Assembly (NCBI RefSeq): GCF_009914755.1
Contig: NC_060939.1
From: the human T2T-CHM13v2.0 reference genome, Homo sapiens
Strand: one strand, 5' to 3'
Length of the DNA stretch: 64,000 nt
The first letter of the stretch is position 1. Every line of letters starts with the position of its first letter. Positions 54,701-64,000 of this stretch are shown in pieces. The position numbers and the translations under genes were made by a program. Below the pieces are notes generated by a model, which ran no database searches, was not told where the DNA came from, and saw only the letters and a program-made list of their open reading frames with translations.

Positions 54701-57700
54701 GTTCGATTTCATTTTGTTCCAGTCCATTCTTTCGCGTCCATTCCATTCCATTTCACTCCATTCGATTCCATTCCACTCGATTCCACTTCGTTCCATTTCA
54801 TTGCATTCCATTCTATTCAACTCTATTGCCTTCCATTCCATTCCATTCGATTACATTCCATGCGATTCCATTCGAAATCGAATCAATTACATTGCAATCC
54901 ATTACTATTGAGTCCGTTTTATTCCAGTCCACTGCATTCTGGTCCATTCCATTTGATTCCATTCCATTCTATTCCATTCCATACAGTTGCATTCCATTGG
55001 ATTCCATGCTATATCTATAAATTCAATTCGAGACCATTGCTTTTGAGTCCATTCTATATGATTCCATTCCATTCAAGTCCATTACATTTGGTTAAATTCC
55101 ATTCCATTCGGTTCAATTCCATTCCATTCCATTCCCTTCCATTCCATTCCAGTTGATATCAATCCATTCGATTCCATTCCATTCGAGCACATTCCATTCG
55201 AGTCCATTCCATTCGATGCCATTCCATTTGATTCTATTCCATTAGTCTCCATTCAATTCCATTAATCTCCATTCCATTCCATTCTACTCCAACTGATTCC
55301 ATTCCATTCTATTCCTTTCCATTCCATTCCATTCCATTCCATTCCATTCCATTCCATTCGTGTCCATTCCACTCCAGTCCATTCCATTCGTATCCATTCC
55401 ATTCCAGTCCATTCCATTTGTGTCCACTGCATTCCATTCCACTCCATTCCATATTATTCCATTACACTCCATTCCATTCTATTACTTTCATTTCCATTCA
55501 ATTCCATTCCATTTGATTCCATTCCACTCGGTTTCATTCCATTTGAGTCCACTCCATTCCATTCCATTCCATTCAGTTCCATTCCATTCTGTTCCATTCC
55601 ATTCCGTTCCATTACATTCCATTCCATTCGGTACCATTCCATATTGTTCCATTCGATTCCATTCGAATCCATTCCATTCCAGTCCATTCCATTCGATTCC
55701 ATTCCATTCCTTTCAATTCCATTCCATTCCATTCCATTACATTCCACTTGATTCCTCTCCATTCCCTTCCACTGCATTCCGTTCGATTCCATTCCATTGC
55801 ATTGCATTCCATTCCATTGGATTGCATTCCATTCGATTCCATTCCATTCGAATCAATTACATAGCAATCCATTACATTCGAGTCTATTCTCTTCCGTTCC
55901 ATTCGATTTCGTTCCAATCCATTCGATTCCATTCCATTCGATTCCATTCCATACTATTGCATTCCATTCGATTACATTATATTCGAATAAGTTCCATTCA
56001 AGACCATTTCTTTTGAGTCCATTCTATTTGAGTCCATTCCCTTTGATTCCATAACATTTGAGTCCATTCAATTCCATTCCTTTCGTTTCCATTCCATTTG
56101 ATGCCATTCCATTCAATTCTGTTCTACTCGACTCCAATACATTCAATTCCATTCCATCCGATTCCATTACATTCTTTTCATTTCTTATCCATTTCAAGCC
56201 ATTCCACTCCATTCCATTCCACTCGTTTCCTTTCCATTCGAGTCCATTCCTCTCCAGTCCATTCCGTTCAATCCATTCCATTCCAGTCCATTCCATTCGA
56301 GTCCGTTCCATTCCAGTCCATTCCATTCGAGTCAATTCCATTCCATTCGATGTCTTTCCATAACGATCCATTCCATTCTATTCCTTTCGATTCCATTCCA
56401 TTCTATTTCATTCCATTCGATTCCCTTCCATTGGACTCCTTTCCATTCGAGTGCATTCCATTCCGTTCCATTTCTTTCCGTTCTGTACGATTCCTACCGT
56501 TCGATTTCATTTTGTTCCAGTCCATTCCTTTCGCGTCCATTCCATTCCATTTCACTCCATTCGATTCCATTCCACTCGATTCCACTTCGTTCCATTTCAT
56601 TGCATTCCATTCTATTCAACTCTATTGCCTTCCATTCCATTCCATTCGATTACATTCCATGCGATTCCATTCGAAATCGAATCAATTACATTGCAAACCA
56701 TTACTATTGAGTCCGTTTTATTCCAGTCCACTGCATTCTGGTCCATTCCATTTGATTCCATTCCATTCTATTCCATTCCATACAGTTGCATTCCATTGGA
56801 TTCCATGCTATATCTATAAATTCAATTCGAGACCATTGCTTTTGAGTCCTTTCTATATGATTCCATTCCATTCAAGTCCATTACATTTGGTTCAATTCCA
56901 TTCCATTCGGTTCAATTCCATTCCATTCCATTCCCTTCCATTCCATTCCAGTTGATATCAATCCATTCGATTCCATTCCATTCGAGCACATTCCATTCGA
57001 GTCCATTCCATTCGATGCCATTCCATTTGATTCTATTCCATTAGTCTCCATTCAATTCCATTAATCTCCATTCCATTCCATTCTACTCCAACTGATTCCA
57101 TTCCATTCTATTCCTTTCCATTCCATTTCATTCCATTCCATTCCATTCCATTCCATTCCGTTCCATTCGTGACCATTCCACTCCAGTCCATTCCATTCGT
57201 ATCCATTCCTTTCCAGTCCATTCCATTTGTGTCCACTGCATTCCATTCCACTCCATTCCATATTATTCCATTACACTCCATTCCATTCTATTACTTTCAT
57301 TTCCATTCAATTCCATTCCATTTGATTCCATTCCACTCGGTTTCATTCCATTTGAGTCCACTCCATTCCATTCCATTCCATTCAGTTCCATTCCATTCTG
57401 TTCCATTCCATTCCGTTCCATTACATTCCATTCCATTCGGTACCATTCCATATTGTTCCATTCGATTCCATTCGAATCCATTCCATTCCAGTCCATTCCA
57501 TTCGATTCCATTCCATTCCTTTCAATTCCATTCCATTCCATTCCATTACATTCCACTTGATTCCTCTCCATTCCCTTCCACTGCATTCCGTTCGATTCCA
57601 TTCCATTGCATTGCATTCCATTCCATTGGATTGCATTCCATTCGATTCCATTCCATTCGAATCAATTACATAGCAATCCATTACATTCGAGTCTATTCTC

Positions 57701-60700
57701 TTCCGTTGCATTCGATTTCGTTCCAATCCATTCGATTCCATTCCATTCGATTCCATTCCATACTATTGCATTCCATTCGATTACATTATATTCGAATAAG
57801 TTCCATTCAAGACCATTTCTTTTGAGTCCATTCTATTTGAGTCCATTCCCTTTGATTCCATAACATTTGAGTCCATTCAATTCCATTCCTTTCGTTTCCA
57901 TTCCATTTGATGCCATTCCATTCAATTCTGTTCTACTCGACTCCAATACATTCAATTCCATTCCATCCGATTCCATTACATTCTTTTCATTTCTTATCCA
58001 TTTCAAGCCATTCCACTCCATTCCATTCCACTCGTTTCCTTTCCATTCGAGTCCATTCCTCTCCAGTCCATTCCGTTCAATCCATTCCATTCCAGTCCAT
58101 TCCATTCGAGTCCGTTCCATTCCAGTCCATTCCATTCGAGTCAATTCCATTCCATTCGATGTCTTTCCATAACGATCCATTCCATTCTATTCCTTTCGAT
58201 TCCATTCCATTCTATTTCATTCCATTCGATTCCCTTCCATTGGACTCCTTTCCATTCGAGTGCATTCCATTCCGTTCCATTTCTTTCCGTTCTGTACGAT
58301 TCCTACCGTTCGATTTCATTTTGTTCCAGTCCATTCTTTCGCGTCCATTCCATTCCATTTCACTCCATTCGATTCCATTCCACTCGATTCCACTTCGTTC
58401 CATTTCATTGCATTCCATTCTATTCAACTCTATTGCCTTCCATTCCATTCCATTCGATTACATTCCATGCGATTCCATTCGAAATCGAATCAATTACATT
58501 GCAATCCATTACTATTGAGTCCGTTTTATTCCAGTCCACTGCATTCTGGTCCATTCCATTTGATTCCATTCCATTCTATTCCATTCCATACAGTTGCATT
58601 CCATTGGATTCCATGCTATATCTATAAATTCAATTCGAGACCATTGCTTTTGAGTCCATTCTATATGATTCCATTCCATTCAAGTCCATTACATTTGGTT
58701 AAATTCCATTCCATTCGGTTCAATTCCATTCCATTCCATTCCCTTCCATTCCATTCCAGTTGATATCAATCCATTCGATTCCATTCCATTCGAGCACATT
58801 CCATTCGAGTCCATTCCATTCGATGCCATTCCATTTGATTCTATTCCATTAGTCTCCATTCAATTCCATTAATCTCCATTCCATTCCATTCTACTCCAAC
58901 TGATTCCATTCCATTCTATTCCTTTCCATTCCATTTCATTCCATTCCATTCCATTCCATTCCATTCCATTCCATTCGTGTCCATTCCACTCCAGTCCATT
59001 CCATTCGTATCCATTCCATTCCAGTCCATTCCATTTGTGTCCACTGCATTCCATTCCACTCCATTCCATATTATTCCATTACACTCCATTCCATTCTATT
59101 ACTTTCACTTCCATTCAATTCCATTCCATTTGATTCCATTCCACTCGGTTTCATTCCATTTGAGTCCACTCCATTCCATTCCATTCCATTCAGTTCCATT
59201 CCATTCTGTTCCATTCCATTCCGTTCCATTACATTCCATTCCATTCGGTACCATTCCATATTGTTCCATTCGATTCCATTCGAATCCATTCCATTCCAGT
59301 CCATTCCATTCGATTCCATTCCATTCATTTCAATTCCATTCCATTCCATTCCATTACATTCCACTTGATTCCTCTCCATTCCCTTCCACTGTATTCCGTT
59401 CGATTCCATTCCATTGCATTGCATTCCATTCCATTGGATTGCATTCCATTCGATTCCATTCCATTCGAATCAATTACATAGCAATCCATTACATTCGAGT
59501 CTATTCTCTTCCGTTCCATTCGATTTCGTTCCAATCCATTCGATTCCATTCCATTCGATTCCATTCCATACTATTGCATTCCATTCGATTACATTATATT
59601 CGAATAATTTCCATTCAAGACCATTTCATTTGAGTCCATTCTATTTGAGTCCATTCCCTTTGATTCCATAACATTTGAGTCCATTCAATTCCATTCCTTT
59701 CGTTTCCATTCCATTTGATGCCATTCCATTCAATTCTGTTCTACTCGACTCCAATACATTCAATTCCATTCCATCCGATTCCATTACATTCTTTTCATTT
59801 CTTATCCATTTCAAGCCATTCCACTCCATTCCATTCCACTTGTTTCCTTTCCATTCGAGTCCATTCCTCTCCAGTCCATTCCGTTCAATCCATTCCATTC
59901 CAGTCCATTCCATTCGAGTCCGTTCCATTCCAGTCCATTCCATTCGAGTCAATTCCATTCCATTCGATGTCTTTCCATAACGATCCATTCCATTCTATTC
60001 CTTTCGATTCCATTCCATTCTATTTCATTCCATTCGATTCCCTTCCATTGGACTCCTTTCCATTCGAGTGCATTCCATTCCGTTCCATTTCTTTCCGTTC
60101 TGTACGATTCCTACCGTTCGATTTCATTTTGTTCCAGTCCATTCTTTCGCGTCCATTCCATTCCATTTCACTCCATTCGATTCCATTCCACTCGATTCCA
60201 CTTCGTTCCATTTCATTGCATTCCATTCTATTCAACTCTATTGCCTTCCATTCCATTCCATTCGATTACATTCCATGCGATTCCATTCGAAATCGAATCA
60301 ATTACATTGCAATCCATTACTATTGAGTCCGTTTTATTCCAGTCCACTGCATTCTGGTCCATTCCATTTGATTCCATTCCATTCTATTCCATTCCATACA
60401 GTTGCATTCCATTGGATTCCATGCTATATCTATAAATTCAATTCGAGACCATTGCTTTTGAGTCCATTTTATATGATTCCATTCCATTCAAGTCCATTAC
60501 ATTTGGTTAAATTCCATTCCATTCGGTTCAATTCCATTCCATTCCATTCCCTTCCATTACATTCCAGTTGATATCAATCCATTCGATTCCATTCCATTCG
60601 AGCACATTCCATTCGAGTCCATTCCATTCGATGCCATTCCATTTGATTCTATTCCATTAGTCTCCATTCAATTCCATTAATCTCCATTCCATTCCATTCT

Positions 60701-63700
60701 ACTCCAACTGATTCCATTCCATTCTATTCCTTTCCATTCCATTTCATTCCATTCCATTCCATTCCATTCCATTCCATTCCATTCCATTCGTGTCCATTCC
60801 ACTCCAGTCCATTCCATTCGTATCCATTCCATTCCAGTCCATTCCATTTGTGTCCACTGCATTCCATTCCACTCCATTCCATATTATTCCATTACACTCC
60901 ATTGCATTCTATTACTTTCATTTCCATTCAATTCCATTCCATTTGATTCCATTCCACTCGGTTTCATTCCATTTGAGTCCACTCCATTCCATTCCATTCC
61001 ATTCAGTTCCATTCCATTCTGTTCCATTCCATTCCGTTCCATTACATTCCATTCCATTCGGTACCATTCCATATTGTTCCATTCGATTCCATTCGAATCC
61101 ATTCCATTCCAGTCCATTCCATTCGATTCCATTCCATTCATTTCAATTCCATTCCATTCCATTCCATTACATTCCACTTGATTCCTCTCCATTCCCTTCC
61201 ACTGCATTCCGTTCGATTCCATTCCATTGCATTGCATTCCATTCCATTGGATTGCATTCCATTCGATTCCATTCCATTCGAATCAATTACATAGCAATCC
61301 ATTACATTCGAGTCTATTCTCTTCCGTTCCATTCGATTTCGTTCCAATCCACTCGATTCCATTCCATTCGATTCCATTCCATACTATTGCATTCCATTCC
61401 ATTACATTATATTCGAATAAGTTCCATTCAAGACCATTTCTTTTGAGTCCATTCTATTTGAGTCCATTCCCTTTGATTCCATAACATTTGAGTCCATTCA
61501 ATTCCATTCCTTTCGTTTCCATTCCATTTGATGCCATTCCATTCAATTCTGTTCTACTCGACTCCAATACATTCAATTCCATTCCATCCGATTCCATTAC
61601 ATTCTTTTCATTTCTTATCCATTTCAAGCCATTCCACTCCATTCCATTCCACTCGTTTCCTTTCCATTCGAGTCCATTCCTCTCCAGTCCATTCCGTTCA
61701 ATCCATTCCATTCCAGTCCATTCCATTCGAGTCCGTTCCATTCCAGTCCATTCCATTCGAGTCAATTCCATCCCATTCGATGTCTTTCCATAACGATCCA
61801 TTCCATTCTATTCCTTTTGATTCCATTCCATTCTATTTCATTCCATTCGATTCCCTTCCATTGGACTCCTTTCCATTCGAGTGCATTCCATTCCGTTCCA
61901 TTTCTTTCCGTTCTGTACGATTCCTACCGTTCGATTTCATTTTGTTCCAGTCCATTCTTTCGCGTCCATTCCATTCCATTTCACTCCATTCGATTCCATT
62001 CCACTCGATTCCACTTCGTTCCATTTCATTGCATTCCATTCTATTCAACTCTATTGCCTTCCATTCCATTCCATTCGATTACATTCCATGCGATTCCATT
62101 CGAAATCGAATCAATTACATTGCAATCCATTACTATTGAGTCCGTTTTATTCCAGTCCACTGCATTCTGGTCCATTCCATTTGATTCCATTCCATTCTAT
62201 TCCATTCCATACAGTTGCATTCCATTGGATTCCATGCTATATCTATAAATTCAATTCGAGACCATTCCTTTTGAGTCCATTCTATATGATTCCATTCCAT
62301 TCAAGTCCATTACATTTGGTTAAATTCCATTCCATTCGGTTCAATTCCATTCCATTCCATTCACTTCCATTCCATTCCAGTTGATATCAATCCATTCGAT
62401 TCCATTCCCTTCGAGCACATTCCATTCGAGTCCATTCCATTCGATGCCATTCCATTTGATTCTATTCCATTAGTCTCCATTCAATTCCATTAATCTCCAT
62501 TCCATTCCATTCTACTCCAACTGATTCCATTCCATTCTATTCCTTTCCATTCCATTTCATTCCATTCCATTCCATTCCATTCGTGTCCATTCCACTCCAG
62601 TCCATTCCATTCGTATCCATTCCATTCCAGTCCATTCCATTTGTGTCCACTGCATTCCATTCCACTCCATTCCACATTATTCCATTACACTCCATTCCAT
62701 TCTATTACTTTCATTTCCATTCAATTCCATTCCATTTGATTCCATTCCACTCGGTTTCATTCCATTTGAGTCCACTCCATTCCATTCCATTCCATTCAGT
62801 TCCATTCCATTCTGTTCCATTCCATTCCGTTCCATTACATTCCATTCCATTCGGTATCATTCCATATTGTTCCATTCGATTCCATTCGAATCCATTCCAT
62901 TCCAGTCCATTCCATTCGATTCCATTCCATTCATTTCAATTCCATTCCATTCCATTCCATTACATTCCACTTGATTCCTCTCCATTCCCTTCCACTGCAT
63001 TCCGTTCAATTCCATTCCATTGCATTGCATTCCATTCCATTGGATTGCATTCCATTCGATTCCATTCCATTCGAATCAATTACATAGCAATCCATTACAT
63101 TCGAGTCTATTCTCTTCCGTTCCATTCGATTTCGTTCCAATCCATTCGATTCCATTCCATTCGATTCCATTCCATACTATTGCATTCCATTCGATTACAT
63201 TATATTCGAATACGTTCCATTCAAGACCATTTCTTTTGAGTCCATTCTATTTGAGTCCATTCCCTTTGATTCCATAACATTTGAGTCCATTCAATTCCAT
63301 TCCTTTCGTTTCCATTCCATTTGATGCCATTCCATTCAATTCTGTTCTACTCGACTCCAATACATTCAATTCCATTCCATCCGATTCCATTACATTCTTT
63401 TCATTTCTTATCCATTTCAAGCCATTCCACTCCATTCCATTCCACTCGTTTCCTTTCCATTCGAGTCCATTCCTCTCCAGTCCATTCCGTTCAATCCATT
63501 CCATTCCAGTCCATTCCATTCGAGTCCGTTCCATTCCAGTCCATTCCATTCGAGTCAATTCCATTCCATTCGATGTCTTTCCATAACGATCCATTCCATT
63601 CTATTCCTTTCGATTCCATTCCATTCTATTTCATTCCATTCGATTCCCTTCCATTGGACTCCTTTCCATTCGAGTGCATTCCATTCCGTTCCATTTCTTT

Positions 63701-64000
63701 CCGTTCTGTACGATTCCTACCGTTCGATTTCATTTTGTTCCAGTCCATTCTTTCGCGTCCATTCCATTCCATTTCACTCCATTCGATTCCATTCCACTCG
63801 ATTCCACTTCGTTCCATTTCATTGCATTCCATTCTATTCAACTCTATTGCCTTCCATTCCATTCCATTCGATTACATTCCATGCGATTCCATTCGAAATC
63901 GAATCAATTACATTGCAATCCATTACTATTGAGTCCGTTTTATTCCAGTCCACTGCATTCTGGTCCATTCCATTTGATTCCATTCCATTCTATTCCATTC

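Larger units (their letters stand above)
347..63280 (+). repeat. ~1.8 kb higher-order repeat, 35 complete monomers; probably D15Z1 (chr15p HSat3A5-type)
   Basis: The anchor (CATAACA)TTTGAG recurs at spacings 1808, 1803, 1774, 1808, 1808, 1813, 1808, 1808, 1803, 1779, 1774, 1813, 1773, 1813, 1803, 1779, 1774, 1813, 1773, 1813, 1809, 1779, 1774, 1808, 1773, 1813, 1793, 1813, 1808, 1803, 1798, 1809, 1808, 1813, 1793. Nearly every monomer has one KpnI GGTACC (e.g. 1727-1732) and one EcoRV GATATC (e.g. 1242-1247). The periodicity is certain. The D15Z1 name comes from the known 1.8 kb KpnI satellite III of chr15 and was not verified by alignment. Confidence 0.8.
1..64000 (+). repeat. Satellite III (HSat3) tandem array, (CATTC/GGAAT)n, C-rich strand on +
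   Basis: Continuous CCATT pentamers with typical variants (CGATT, CGAGT, TGATT, CAATT, CTATT) from the first base to the last. The + strand is very G-poor. No unique sequence, insertion or strand switch was seen. Confidence 0.99.

Noticed and set aside
86-63932. Hundreds of ORFs (60-308 aa) on both strands with HSIPF/IPFHS or MEWNG repeats
   Set aside because: (CATTC)n has no stop codon in any frame and translates to FHSIP/MEWNG. The ORFs overlap in all frames, recur with the monomer, and are made or broken by a 1-bp indel. No domain or gene structure is present.
1-64000. CRISPR array or prokaryotic/phage repeat system
   Set aside because: There are no unique spacers, no cas or other genes, and everything is pentamer-derived.
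1-64000. DYZ1 (Yq12 HSat3, ~3.6 kb unit)
   Set aside because: The fundamental near-identical period is 1.8 kb. The 3.6 kb spacings are only local dimers of almost identical monomers.
1-64000. HSat2 (chr1 ~1.8 kb unit) or alpha satellite
   Set aside because: Long pure CCATT runs are present and the frequent CGATGAT-type motifs of HSat2 are absent. There is no 171-bp monomer, and no CENP-B box was seen.
1-64000. Inversion, transposon insertion or array boundary
   Set aside because: The + strand stays C-rich throughout and anchor spacing never departs from 1773-1813 bp, leaving no room for an insert.

Overview
The whole 64 kb window is one uninterrupted, single-orientation array of primate (most likely human) Satellite III (HSat3). 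It consists of diverged (CATTC)n pentamers organised into a ~1.8 kb higher-order monomer. There are 35 complete monomers (1773-1813 bp, mean ~1798 bp, measured between conserved anchors at 347 ... 63281) plus partial ends. The ~1.8 kb period and the single KpnI site per monomer match the chromosome 15p satellite D15Z1 (HSat3A5-type); this assignment rests on established knowledge and was not confirmed by a search. I find no genes, RNA genes, transposons or CRISPR arrays, and every listed ORF is a translation artefact of the stop-free pentamer. I see no evidence of a new protein-coding system. The notable content is the nested architecture: 5 bp > 15/30 bp > an ancient 828+980 bp dimer > 1.8 kb monomer > 3.6 kb dimers > a ~10.76 kb six-monomer super-repeat in three copies (14.8-47.0 kb), followed by a very recent 3606 bp tandem duplication. 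Hybrid monomers mark unequal-crossover breakpoints. Monomers are called U1-U35 below, starting at anchors 347, 2155, 3958, 5732, 7540, 9348, 11161, 12969, 14777, 16580, 18359, 20133, 21946, 23719, 25532, 27335, 29114, 30888, 32701, 34474, 36287, 38096, 39875, 41649, 43457, 45230, 47043, 48836, 50649, 52457, 54260, 56058, 57867, 59675 and 61488.
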